Positions 38,186 through 50,395 of a stretch of DNA of 64,000 nt are shown here, in pieces. The position numbers and the translations under genes are program-made. Under the pieces are notes generated by a model. It saw only the letters and a program-made list of their open reading frames with translations. It was not told the origin of the DNA and ran no database searches. This DNA comes from Somniosus microcephalus (taxonomy: Eukaryota). The stretch is taken from positions 63,054,001-63,118,000 of the forward strand of contig CM126208.1 of assembly GCA_052327205.1 (NCBI GenBank), given 5' to 3'. The number at the start of each line of letters is the position of its first letter. Position 1 is the first letter of the stretch.

Positions 38186-39045
38186 AATTTATGTGACTAC
38201 ATAGGCCGTTTACTTATCCTTTAGAAAAAGGGCCAACTCATACACGAGGAGCCAATGTCATGGAAGAAAACATGGAAGAAAAAAGGGCTAATGGTCCTTG
38301 AAGTCCATTTCTTCCAGACACAGAAGACTCTATTGAAGCCAATGGAAATGAAAATGGGGAGCGATGTCTAACAGGCGGCTGATCCGATATCCCCCAAAAT
38401 CAAAATTAGCCACAGGAAATCTGTTCTAGTGTGATCCCTACCCTACTCATTTAAGCTTAGACATTATGTTGGGCAATAATGACATAATAACATGCAAACA
38501 CATATCAAGTTCATCTATTTGCAATTTTAATGGTGATGTTATCCCCTCAATTCTAAATGCATTAACACATATGAAAACAAAGCAACAACTTGAAATTATA
38601 TAGCCCTATTAAGGTTGCAAAAGGTCCCAAGGCTTGAGATTTTTTTTTAAATGGATGCTGAGCCAAAGAAGAAGACATTAGGAGGAGTGACAAAGAGGTG
38701 TGTTTTAAGGAAGTGGAGAGGTAGAGGAATTTAAGGAGGGAATTCCTGAGTGTGGGTTCTAGGTGTGAAAGAAAACATATTTTTGAAAGCACAGAGACCA
38801 GAAAACAAGTATAGGCTGGGGCATTCTTCGCCATCAGAATGAGTAAAAAAATAAAGTTTAAGGTAAAACAGTAACATAACATTCAATTCGTTCATGCTTG
38901 ATTTACATCTCAACTCCATTTTCCTACCTTTGTTTCATGTTCCTTGATACTCTTACCTAACGAAAAAAGTATCCACCTCAGTCTTGAAAGCTTCAATTGT
39001 CCGAGCATCCGCTGCCATTTTGGTGGGGGGAGCTTTCACAGTACT

Positions 39046-39505
39046 GCTGTGGCTCAGTAGGTAGCCTCACCTCTGAGTCAGAAGGTTGTGGTTTAAGTCC
39101 CATTCAGAGACTTGAGCACCAAATCTAGGCTGACATTCCAGTGCAGTGCTAAGGGAGTGCTGCACTGTTGGAGGTGCAGTCTTTCAGATGAGACGTTAAA
39201 CTGAGGCCACAAATGCTCTCTCAGGTGGATGTAAAAGATCCCATGGCACTATTTCAAAGACGAGCAGGGGAGTTATCCCCGGTGTCCTGGCCAATATTTA
39301 TCCCTCAACTAACATCACTAAAACTGATTATCTGGTCATTATCACACTGCTGTTTGTGGGAGCTTGCTGTGTACAAATTGGCAGCCGCATTTCCTACATT
39401 ACAACAGTGATTACACTTCAAAAAGTACTTCATTGATTGTAAAGCACTTTGAAATGTCAGGTGGTTGTGAAAGATGCTATATCAATGCAAGTTTTTCTTT
39501 TCTTT
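39046..39505 (+). mobile_element. Deu-domain SINE, full length
   Basis: tRNA-like head, Deu core, L2-like tail. Confidence 0.88.
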
Positions 39506-39901
39506 GTTACTACCCAGCACAAAAATCAGGACAAACTATTTAACTAAATTCGGGCGAGCTTTAAGAAATCTAAGTTAAATGCTGGTGGGAACATAATTTT
39601 GAAGGTACAATTTAGCAACATGCTGCCATCAGAACTTTACGCAACTGAGCAGAGCACTGGTGAGAAGAGGCTGAGCAGCAGCAAACTTGCTACCTACACT
39701 CAAGAGCTGCCAACTACACCTCAAGCGCAGTCTGTAAACGTCGTGGCTAATGTTTGTCATTGTCACCTTTAATTCTATACTCAACAGGTAATGGTCGAGT
39801 TCAGTCATTCACATTGAATAGGGCATTGAGCTGATAAGTAATGGTATCATTAATTGAAGTGATAGTTGGCACTGTGACTATAACGAAGGACATTAGGGTA
39901 T

Positions 39902-41065
39902 TCCAACCCACTCCTGGCTGGCCTCCCACATTCCACCCTACGTAAACTTGAGGTCATCCAAAACTCGGCTGCCCGTGTCCTAACTCGCACCAAGTCCCAT
40001 TCGCCCATCACCCCGTGCGTGCTGACCTACATTGGCTCCTGGTTAAGCAGCGCCTAGATTTCAAAATTCTCATCCTTGTTTTCAAATCCCTCCATGACCT
40101 TGCCTCTTCCTATCTCTGTAATCTCCTTCAGCCCCACAACCCCTCGAGATATCTGCGCTCCTCTAATTTTGCCCTCTTGAGCATCCCTGATTATAATTGC
40201 TCAACCTTTGGTGGCCGTGCCTTCTGTTGCCTAGGCCCTAAGCTCTGGAATTCCCTGCCTAAACCTGTCCACCTCGCTACCTCTCTTTCCTCCGTTAAGA
40301 CGCTCCTTAAAACCTACCTCTTTGACCAAGCTTTTGGTCACCTGCCCTAATTGATCCTTATGTAGACCGGTGTCAAATTTTTTGTCTTGATATAAGGGGG
40401 ATGGAGTATAAAAACAGGGAAGTCTTGCTGCAGTTATACAGGGTATTGGTGAGGCCACACCTGGAATACTGCGTGCAGTTTTGGTTTCCATATTTAAGAA
40501 AAGATATACTTGCTCTCGAGGCGGTTCAGAGAAGGTTCACTCGGTTGATTCCGGAGATGAGGGGGTTGATGTATGAGGAAAGGTTGAGTAGGTTGGGACT
40601 CTACTCATTGGAGTTCAGAAGAATGAGAGGCGATCTTATCGAAACATATAAGATTGTGAGGGGGCTTGATCGGGTGGATGCGGGGAGGATGTTTCCACTG
40701 ATGGGTGAGACTAGAACTAGGGGTCATAATCTAAGAATAAGGGGCTGCACTTTCAAAACTGAGATGAGGAGAAACTTCTTCACTCAGAGGGTAGTAAATC
40801 TATGGAATTTGCTACCCCAGAGAGCTGTGGAAGCTGCAACATTAAATAAATTTAAAATGGAGATAGACAGTTTCCTAGCAGATAAGGGAATTAGGGGTTA
40901 CGGGGAGAGGGCAGGGAAGTGGACGTGAGTCTAGATTCGGATCAGCCATGATCCTATTGAATGGCGGAGCAGGCCCGAGGGGCCGTATGGCCTACTCCTA
41001 CTTCTTATGTTCTTACTCCGTTTTACTACATTAAAGGCACTATATAAATACACGTTGTTGTTATT
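39902..41065 (+). mobile_element. L2 LINE 3' fragment split by a CR1 insertion
   Basis: LHWLLVKQRLDFKILILVFKSLH; L2 tail resumes after ~41014. Confidence 0.85.
40396..41014 (+). mobile_element. CR1 LINE 3' fragment
   Basis: Uninterrupted ORF 40401-40928 (RPHLEYCVQFW...RRMRGDLIETYK), 3' stem-loop and TTCTTATG tail. Confidence 0.93.
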
Positions 41066-41559
41066 GGTATAACTTGTGTTTGTTAAACCCAACTGAACTC
41101 ACTAAAGGAATATGTTAAAGCAAGGTTATGATGTTCTGGGGGCTGTTAAAAACTTGATGGGGATGAGACTTTTATAAAAACATTTCAAGAAGGGCTGATT
41201 GAGGATGTACAAAATTGATACAGGGCCACCCCACATCCACAAAGAAAAAATGGGGCCACGCGTACTTGCCCACAGAGCTTTCATCAAAGTTCCACTATCC
41301 AGTTGATTGATTATTGTTTTGTGTTATAACACTCTTGTGAAGCGCCTTGTGAAGTTTTGCTACATTAAAGGCGCTATATAAATATATAAGTTGTTGTTAT
41401 ATAATTCTCCATCAAACGCAACAGGGAACCAGCATAATTGTACTGCTCTGTCAGAAAATAAAATGCACTAGAGGAATGTACACTGTGAGCTGCAATATGC
41501 CATAAATATGCTGCAATGTGTCACAAAGATTAGAAAAATCTTTTGTTATTGCACAATAA

Positions 41560-42800
41560 TTACCCCAAATACTGGAGGGAGGAGTGTGACGAGGATATGC
41601 CCCTCAACTTTTTAAACAAGGTATTATATGTCCCCCTCTCGAAATCCAAAAAAATGTATCTATGTACAAATGTATAACCAGTTCTATCTTTACGTCTGTA
41701 CAACCGCAGGGCACATATTCCCGCCCCAGCACAAACATTTGGCCACTGGTGTCCTCTGCCCAAATCCCAGAATTTTACCCCCGCCCGCCCCAACTACCCT
41801 AAAATATTTATACTTGGCTGCGCTGAAAACACACGAAGTTACCGGAAAATAACGGTAACATTTCATTTTTTTTTTAATATATAAAAACACACATCACCTC
41901 AATACTGTGCACACCGTCTGGCCTCTATTAGAACATCATTAGAACATCAACATTCTGGGAACAGGCTGCAAATTTAAATTATCCTCTTAAATATATACAC
42001 TCACATTTCTTTTTGAAGCAATGCGTCAAAATGCAAGTCCAACTTTCTGAAGTTTTTATTAAAAAAGTAGCCGAACGTGACAGAAAATACTGCAGCAATG
42101 CGAGTCGATGCCTACTTCCTGGACAAGTTGGAAGGATTGCAAAACAGAAAGAGCTCGACACTTTGGCAACATTTTGTAGCTATGAAAAAAAAACTGTAAC
42201 AACCGCTTGTCTCGCTTGCACCTCAAAATGTTTCCAAATGTTTCTGCACCGCCCAGAAAAGTTTCTGAAAGTACCAAAAGAAACTTGTTTTACCTCAAGT
42301 CTGCAGCTCAATTTAATCGTCGTGTTTTCTGCTGTGGTTTTTTTTCTCTCTCTCTCACTTGCTCACGTCCGGAGTGCCTTCCTCTTTATTGGGACTTTTT
42401 TTTGTTGTTGTTGAGATACAGGAACAAGCTCCTCCAGCTCTGGTGACATTAAGTGAGGTCCTCTCCTGCTCTGGGGGCACAGCTGAGGGCAGCGTGAGCT
42501 CTCCCTCACCCTCACCCCAAGGGTACAGGTGCCACTCTCTGCCAAAGAAAAGAAGCGGGGCAAAGCAACGCCTTCCCTGTTTTTTTTTTCTCTTCTATTT
42601 TTTTCTCCTTTGCAGATAAATCAATGGCAATCTCCACTCCAAGCTTGCTACTTTACTTTCTGCAGTCTCCAAACTTTCCCCCCCCCACCGACCAACTCTG
42701 CTTCTTGCTTTCACTCACTCTTCTGTTTTTCCGTGTGAAAGTTCAGCATGCTTGCGTCAATGTAACATGAGTACCAAGAAACCATGACGTGGCGCACACC
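41560..42800 (-). promoter_or_regulatory. Candidate promoter and 5'UTR exon(s) of an unidentified minus-strand host gene
   Basis: Repeat-free stretch retaining CpGs, TGACGTGG at ~42785, purine-rich UTR-like text on minus, donor-like sites GAG|GTAAAA (~42295) and GGG|GTAATT (~41563). Confidence 0.35.
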
Positions 42801-43002
42801 GCCTCATCCTTCTGCATTTGGCATTGCATGCACACCGGTACTGTACAAGATGCAGCAGAGATTCTGAGCGTCCCCGGATTTCCCCAGGTGTCGACCAGTC
42901 ATTTTCTTGCTGTCAGGTTACAATGTTAAGAATGAGATTTATGTATGATCAAAATAGATTGCAAATCTATTTTGCTTCATTTCTAACAGGATTTCCTTCC
43001 AT

Positions 43003-43436
43003 AAAGAAAAACTTGCATTTATATAGCGCCTTTCACGACCACCGGATTTCTCAAAGCTACAGCCAATGAAATACTTTTGTAGTGGAGTCACTGTTGTAAT
43101 GTAGGAAACGCAGCAGCCATTTGCGCTCAGCAAGCTCCCACAAACAGCAATGTGATAATGACCAGATAAACTGTTTTTGTTGTGTTGATTGAGGGATAAA
43201 TATTGGCCAGGACATCAGAGATAACTCCCCTGCTCTTCTTTGAAATAGTGCCATGTGATCTTTTACATCCACCCGAGAAAGCAGACAGGGCTTCGGTTTA
43301 ACGTCTCATCCGAAAGACGGCACCTCCGACAGTACAGCACTCCCTCAGTACTGTACTGGAGTGTCAGCATAGCTTTATGTGCTCAAGTCCCTTCTGACTC
43401 AGAGGCGAGTGTGCTACCAACTGAGCCACAGCTGAC
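43003..43436 (-). mobile_element. Deu-domain SINE
   Basis: Reverse complement of the 39046-39505 family. Confidence 0.88.
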
Positions 43437-44603
43437 ACATGTAATATAATCCTTTTATAATATGTTCTCAGGATGTGATAGCAGTGGTAAGGCCAGTATT
43501 TATTGCCCATTCCTAGTTGCCTTGAGAAGGTGGTGGGCTTTCTGCTTGAATCACTGCCGTCCTTATGGTGGTGGTATTCCCACAATGGTGTTTAGTAGAG
43601 AATTCTGATTTTTTTGGACCCACTGAGATGAAGGAATGGAGATATATGTCTGAGGATGGTGTGTGACTTGGAGCAGAACTTGGAAATTATGCTGTTCACA
43701 CGACATTGCTGCTTTTGCTCTTCTTGATGGCGGAGATCAAAGGCTTATACCATAGGTTTTCCATTTGGGGCCCCCGGACCCTACAGGGTCTGCAGGAAAA
43801 TCTCAGGGAATCTACAGGATCATCAGATTTCTGTATTTGTTGACAGTATCATACTATAGCCTAGAAAATACTGCTAGCAAAAGTGCTTTACCAGCACGGC
43901 TGGCATTTATGGCCCATCCCTAGTTGCCTTTGAGAAGGTGGTGATGGGTCTTCTTCTTAAACCATTGCAATCTGGGTGGTGAAGGTGCTATCACATGCTG
44001 ATAGGTAGGGATTTCCAGTATTTTATTAATAAATGGGAAACAGAAATCATGGATTTGGGAATTTTCTCCCTTTCAGTCTACTCTGTGCTTCATGAAAAAT
44101 TCCTTACTGTTGGCACGCTGTCACAGGAACAGGAATCTGTCATTCAGCCCAATGAGCCTGTTCTGCCATTCAATTAGATCATGGATGATCTTTACCTCAA
44201 CTTCATTTACCCATCTTTTTCCATATCTCTTGATAGCCTTAACCTAACAAAAATCTTATCAAGCTCAATCTTGCTTTTTTCAATTCATAGAATGTGTGAG
44301 AGCTGCATTTAATATTCAAATCCATTGGTGAAATTCATGGATCCTCACACTATGTGTATAGTGCACTGAAACTTCCCTTTTAAAATAGACTTCAATAGCC
44401 AGATGGGTTAGTAATAAGAATTTCTAAAATGGGAATATAATGAGTGGTAATTTAGTGATGAGTAGGAGATAAGCTGTGGCTATATAGTATAGAAGTTGTG
44501 CGTTTTATTGAATGGAAATTAAAAGTTTGAATATTAACTTTGTAAATGTAAGTGAGTTAGCAATTAACTGCTAGTCAACTGTAAGTAGGTCATAATCAGA
44601 TAC

Positions 44604-44817
44604 TGGCCCAGATTTTTCTCTCCGCGGCGAAGGAACAGTGCTCACCGTTCACCATGCTCACAGCTGCCCACAGACTTTTTGCGGGCCTGTCAGCGGCTCC
44701 TTGATTTCTGTGTTTAATTGTGCATGTGCGTACTCCAGAAGTTTCTGTCAAATTTCCTCCATTATAACGGTGAGCACCGATGGCCTCATTGTTATTCTCA
44801 TCGCAAATTCAGGGCCA
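44604..44817. mobile_element. Small MITE
   Basis: Ends TGGCCCAGATTT / AAATTCAGGGCCA; internal inverted GTGCTCACCGTT / AACGGTGAGCAC. Confidence 0.5.
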
Positions 44818-45059
44818 TTATGTAGTTGGGGGCTGATTGACCAGTTGAAACTGGTTTTGTCTGTCACTACAAGCTCCAGCTTGAGCTGAGACTGCAAGAC
44901 AGAGAGGTGGGAACAGAGTGACACTAAAGCTATCTAAAATAGGAAGTTGGTAAGAGTAGGAATTAGGTGAAGAGGAGGAAGGAAGTGCTAAGTAATTTAA
45001 ACTGAGGGACAACAGCAAAAGAGAAAGGGAGAGAGAGAGGGAGGCACTCTAAGTAAAGA

Positions 45060-45436
45060 GAACTTTAAGTAAATAACAGTTAATTCCAGTGAAGTGGATG
45101 GGCAGCTGAGACCTATTGCCTGCAATTCCTGTGCCATGTGGGAACTGAAGAACGCTTCTTGTGTCCTGGATAACTACATGTGCAGGAATTGCCTCCGGCT
45201 GCTCAAGCTCAGGGTTTCTGAACTTGAGGAGCGGCTGGTGTCACTGCAGGGTATATGGGAGGCTGAATGTTTCCCGAATCGCATGTTCCAGGTGGTGGTT
45301 ACACCGCAGCCACAGAGAGTTTAGGAGGACAGTAAGTGAATGGCCATCTGGCAGGGTAGGAAGATGAGGCAGGCAGTGCAGGAATTCTCTGGGTGCGTGG
45401 CACTCACAAAACAGTTTTCAGTGCTTAATAGTTGTG
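45060..45436 (+). mobile_element. Older CR1 ORF1 5' part (host of the nested CR1)
   Basis: CNSCAMWE...CRNC zinc-finger motif and VVTP; continues at 50396. Confidence 0.8.
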
Positions 45437-45667
45437 AGAACATAAGAACATAAGAAATAGGAGCAGGAGTAGGCCAATCGGCCCCTCTAGCCTGCTCCGC
45501 CATTCAATAAGATCATGGCTGATCTGATCCTAACCGCCAATCTACTATCACAGAACCATCTCCTGAATCTAACAGAATTAGACACACGAAATAGGAGCAG
45601 GATCAGGTTACACGGCCCCTGGGCCCACTCCGCTACCCACAGGGCCATGTCCGATCCAAACCTAGAC

Positions 45668-48606
45668 TCATGTCCAAATTCCTGCCCGCTCCCCGTAACC
45701 CTTAATTCCCTTTACTTCTAGGAAACTGTCTATTTCTGTTTTAAATTGATGTAATGATGTAGCTTCTACAGCTTTTTGGGGCAGCATATTCCATGGACCT
45801 AGCACCCTCTGAGTGAAGTAGTTCCTCCTCATCTCAGTTTTGAAAGAGTAGCCCCTTATTCTAAGACTATGGCCTCTAGTTCTAGTTTCACCCAACATCG
45901 GGAACATCCTCCCCGCATCCACCCGATCCAACCCCTTCACAATCTTATATGTTTCAATAAGATCGCCTCTCATTCTTCTGAACTCCAATGAGTAGATTCC
46001 CAATCTACTCAACCTCTCCTCATATGTCCATCCCCTCATCCCCGGGATTGACCGAGTGAACCTTCTTTGTACTGACTCGAGAGCAAGTATGTCTTTTCTT
46101 AAGTATGGACACCAAAACTGTATGCAGTATTCCAGGTGCGGTCTCACCAATACCTTGTACAACTGAAGCAATACCTCCCTCTTTTTATATTCTACCCCCC
46201 TAGCAATGAAAGCCAACATTCCATTGGCCTTCTTAATCACTTGCTGCACCTGCATACTAACCTTTTGAGTTTCGTGCACCAGGACCCCCAGATCCCTTTG
46301 TACTTCAGTACTTTCCAGTTTCTTGCCATTAAGATAATAACTTGCTCTACGATTTTTCCTGCCAAAGTGCATAACCTCACACTTTCCAGTATTGTATTCC
46401 ATCTGCCAAATCTCTGCCCACTTACTTAGCCTGTCTATGTCCCCTTGCAGGTTTTTTATGTCCTCCTCACTCACTACTTTCCCTCCCATCTTAGTATCAT
46501 CTGCAAATTTTGATATGTTACACTCGGTCCCCTCCTCCAAATCGTTAATATAGATTGTAAAGAGTTGGGGACCCAGCACTGACCCCTGCGGAACACCACT
46601 AGTTACTGATGGCCAGTCTGAGAATGAACCATTTATCCCAACTCTCTGCCTTCTGTTAGATAGCCAATCCTCTATCCATGCCAGAATATTACCCCCAATC
46701 CCGTGATTTTTTATCTTAAGCAATAATCTTTTGTGTGGCACCTTGTCAAATGCCTTTTGGAAGTCTAAATACACTACGTCCACTGGTTCCCCTTTATCCA
46801 CCCTATATGTTACTTCCTCAAAGAACTCCAGCAAATTTGTCAAACATGACTTCCCCTTCATAAAACCATGCTGACTTTGTCCTATTAAATTATGATTATC
46901 CAAATGTCCTGTTACTGTCTCCTTAATAATGGACTCCAAAATTTTACCTACCACAGATGTTAGGCTAACCGGTCTATAGTTTCCAGCCTTCTGTCCACTG
47001 CCCTTTTTAAATAAGGGTGTTACATTAGCAGTTTTCCAGTCTGCCGGGACCTTTGCTGAGTCCAGGGAGTTTTGGAAAATTATTACCAATGCATCCACAA
47101 TCCCTACCGCCATTTCCCTCAAGACCCTAGGATGTAAGCCATCAGGTCCAGGTGATTTATCCGCCTTGAGTCCCATTATTTTACCGAGTACCACTTCCTT
47201 AGTGATTTTGATCGTGTTTAGCTCCTTCCCCCCCCCCCCCCCCCCTCTATAGCCCCCTGTTTGTCCAGTGTTGGGATATTCTTAGTGTCCTCTACTGTAA
47301 AGACTGATACAAAATATTCATTCAGTGTTTTTGCCATCTCCATATTTCCCACCATTAATTTCCCGGTCTCATCCTCTAAGGGACCAACATTTACTTTAGC
47401 CACCCTTTTTCTTTTTATATAACTATAAAAACTCTTACTATCTGTTTTTATATTTTTTGCTCATTTACTTTCATAATCTATCTTCCCTTTCTTAATCAAT
47501 CTTTTTGTTATTTTTTGCTATCTTTTAAAGTTTTCCCAATCCTCTATCCTCCCACTAGATTTCGCTACCTTATATGCCCTTGTTTTTAGTCGAATACTAT
47601 CCTTAATTTCTTTACTTAGCCACGGATGGCTGTCTTTTCTTTTACACCCTTTTCTTCTCAGTGGAATATATATTTTTTGGAAGTTGTAAAATAACTCCTT
47701 AAATGTACACCACTGATCATGTATCGTCTTACCCTTTAATCTATTTTCCCAATCCACTCTACTCAATTCCGCTCTCATACCTTCATAGTCTCCTTTATTC
47801 AAGCTTAGCACGCTTGTTTGAGATCCAACCTTCTCACCCTCTAATTGAATATGGAATTCAACCATGTTATGGTCACTCATTCCAAGGGGATCCTTTACTA
47901 GGACATTTTTAATTAATCCTGTCTCGTTACACAGGACCAGATCTAAGGTTGCTTGCCCCCTGGTCGGTTCAGTTACATACTGCTCAAGAAACCCATCCCT
48001 GATACACTCAATGAACTCATCCTCAAGGCAGCCCTGCCCAATTTGATTTGTCCAATTAATATGATAGTTAAAATCCCCCATAATTATAGCTGTTCCCTTA
48101 TTACAAGCCTCAACTATTTACTCCGTCCAACAGAGTTGCCACTGTTCGGAGGCCTATAGACTACGCCCACTAGTGTTTTTTTCCCCTTATTATTCCTTAC
48201 CTCCACCCTGATCTTTTGACCCAATATCATTTCTCTGTATTACACTGATTCCTTCCTTTATTAACATAGCCACCCCACCTCCCCTTCCTTCCTGCCTGTC
48301 CTTCCTGATCGTTAAATAACCTGGTATGTTTAATTCCCAGGCATTGTCACCCTGCAGCCATGTTTCTGTAATGGCCACAAGATCATACCCATATGTAGTT
48401 ATTTGTGCCATTAACTCATCTATTTTGTTACGAATGCTACATGCATTCAGATAGAGAACTTTCAAAGATGTTTTGTGACACTTAGTTCCTGCTTTTGCCC
48501 TTTTTATTACTTTACCTTTTACTCCATACCTTCTGCCCCTTCCTGACACGCTCTGGTTTTTAATTTCCCCACTGCTACCTAAGTCTATGACCTTCTCTGT
48601 TGTCAT
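45668..48606 (-). pseudogene. CR1 ORF2 (APE endonuclease and RT) with frameshifts/stop; RT domain open in 45668-47194
   Basis: AITETWL, MGDFN, SDH, YLDFQKAFDKVPH, GVPQGSVLGP, FADD. Confidence 0.93.
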
Positions 48607-48644
48607 TTTTATTATTTGCTCTCTAGGAACCTCCCGCCCACTAG

Positions 48645-49568
48645 TTAGTTTAAAGCCCTCTCTACAGCCCTAGTTATATGATCCGCCAGGACTCTAGTCC
48701 CAGCACTGGCCAAGTGAAGCCCGTCCCAACGGGACAGCTCCCTCCTGCCCCAGTACTGGTGCCAGTGTCCCAGGAAGCAAAACCCATTTCTCCCACACCA
48801 GTCTTTGAGCCACGCATTTAACTCTCTAATTTTATTTGTCCTAGCCAAATTCGCTCGTGGCTCAGGTAATAATCCAGAGATTATTACCCTTGAGGTTCTG
48901 TTTTTTAATTTGACCCCTAGCTGCTCATACTCCTTTAACAGAACCGGCTTCCTAGTCCTATCTACGTTGTTTGTACCAACATGGGCCACGACAACTGGAT
49001 CCACCCCCTCCCACTGCAAGTTTCTTTCCAGCCCAGAGGAGATGTCCTTAACCCTGGCACCGGGTAGGCAACACAGCCTTCGGGACTCTCGCTCTCGGCT
49101 GCAGAGAACTCTATCTATCCCCCTAATAATACTGTCCCCTACCACTACAACATTTCTATTTACTCCCCCCTCTTGAATGGCCCCCCGTTCCATGGTGCTG
49201 TGGCCAGGTTGCTCATCCTCCCTGCAGTCCCTGCTCCTGTCCCCACAGGGAGTAAGAACCTCGAACCTGTTGGACAAGAGCAAGGGCTGCGGCTCCTCCA
49301 GCTCTACCTCCTGGATCCCCGTACCTGCCTCACTCATAGTCATACCGTCCTGTCCCTGACCATGGGCTACATCTGAATTAATTAACTTCATAGGTGTGAC
49401 CACCTCCTGATACACAGAGTCCAGGTACTTCTCCCCCTCCCTGATGTGTCGCAGTGTATGAAGCTCAGACTCCAGCTCATCAACACAGAGCTGGAGTTCC
49501 TGTAGCAGCAGACACTTGTCACAGACGTAATCACCGTGAGCCTCAATGGGGTTCACCGGCTCCCACAT
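48645..49568 (-). CDS. CR1 ORF1: zinc finger/coiled coil plus SGNH (GDSL-like) esterase
   Basis: CDKC, heptad-like segment, GDS, LPGA, HVGTNN, DGLH catalytic blocks. Confidence 0.9.
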   Translation of the reverse strand: MWEPVNPIEAHGDYVCDKCLLLQELQLCVDELESELHTLRHIREGEKYLDSVYQEVVTPMKLINSDVAHGQGQDGMTMSEAGTGIQEVELEEPQPLLLSNRFEVLTPCGDRSRDCREDEQPGHSTMERGAIQEGGVNRNVVVVGDSIIRGIDRVLCSRERESRRLCCLPGARVKDISSGLERNLQWEGVDPVVVAHVGTNNVDRTRKPVLLKEYEQLGVKLKNRTSRVIISGLLPEPRANLARTNKIRELNAWLKDWCGRNGFCFLGHWHQYWGRRELSRWDGLHLASAGTRVLADHITRAVERALN

Positions 49569-49810
49569 CTCGCAACACCTGCTCCATTCTATGTAATTAA
49601 TTAAATTTTTTATTATTAGTTATGGACACCCTCTGCCCGATTTTAGATGCTAGTATCCCCTTTAATTAATTGGATTTAAATTAAATCAATCCCTCTAGTT
49701 GCACCAGTTAAATGGTTTACCAACAGTCACTCTGCATCAGAAAGGCCTTATTAACTACAACCCACAGAGTTAAAGTTTGAAAAGAGCACCTAACACCCCA
49801 CTTACCCTAA

Positions 49811-50394
49811 CTCACACTTACCCAAACTCACAGCACTCTTTGATGACTCGCACTAGGACTGGTCTTTTTATACTGTTTGGTTAGAAAACTGGTTTCCACT
49901 GCCTGCTGTGCCAATTTACTCCTACTGCAGTGTAACCTTGTTTTACTCTTCTTAAACCAACAGAATCCCAAATATTTAACTTTTCCCCTTTACTTAAACT
50001 GCTTAAGTAATCTTATCAAGAATGATTTAAAGAGAAATAACAATTAAAGAACTCTCACACTTACCCAAACTCACGGCACTCTTTGATGACTCGCACTCAG
50101 TGCTTGCTCGCACTAGGACTGGTCTTTTTGTACTGTTTGTTTGTTTACAGCCAAATGAGTCACCCCTGCAGATTGGTTAGAAAACTGGGTTCCACTGCCT
50201 GCTGTGCCAATTTACGCCTACTGCAGTGTAACCTTGTTTTACTCTTCTTAAACCAACAGAATCCCAAATATTTAACTTTTCCCCTTCACTTAAACTGCTT
50301 AAGTAATCTTATCAAGAATGATTTAAAGAGAAATAACAATTAAAGAACTCTCACACTTACCCAAACTCACAGCACTCTTTGATGACTCGCACTC
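49811..50394 (-). repeat. Tandem 5'-UTR monomers of the CR1 (periods 243 and 296 bp)
   Basis: CTCACACTTACCCAAACTCAC(A/G)GCACTCTTTGATGACTCGCACT at 49811, 50054 and 50350, with near-identical intervening text. Confidence 0.9.
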
Positions 50395-50395
50395 G

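Larger units (their letters stand above)
45437..50394 (-). mobile_element. Near full-length CR1 LINE
   Basis: 5' tandem repeats, ORF1, ORF2 (EN and RT), 3' stem-loop and (TTCTTATG)n tail. Confidence 0.95.

Noticed and set aside
49811-50394. CRISPR-like repeat-spacer array
   Set aside because: The intervening sequences are near-identical and the context is eukaryotic; this is a tandem duplication
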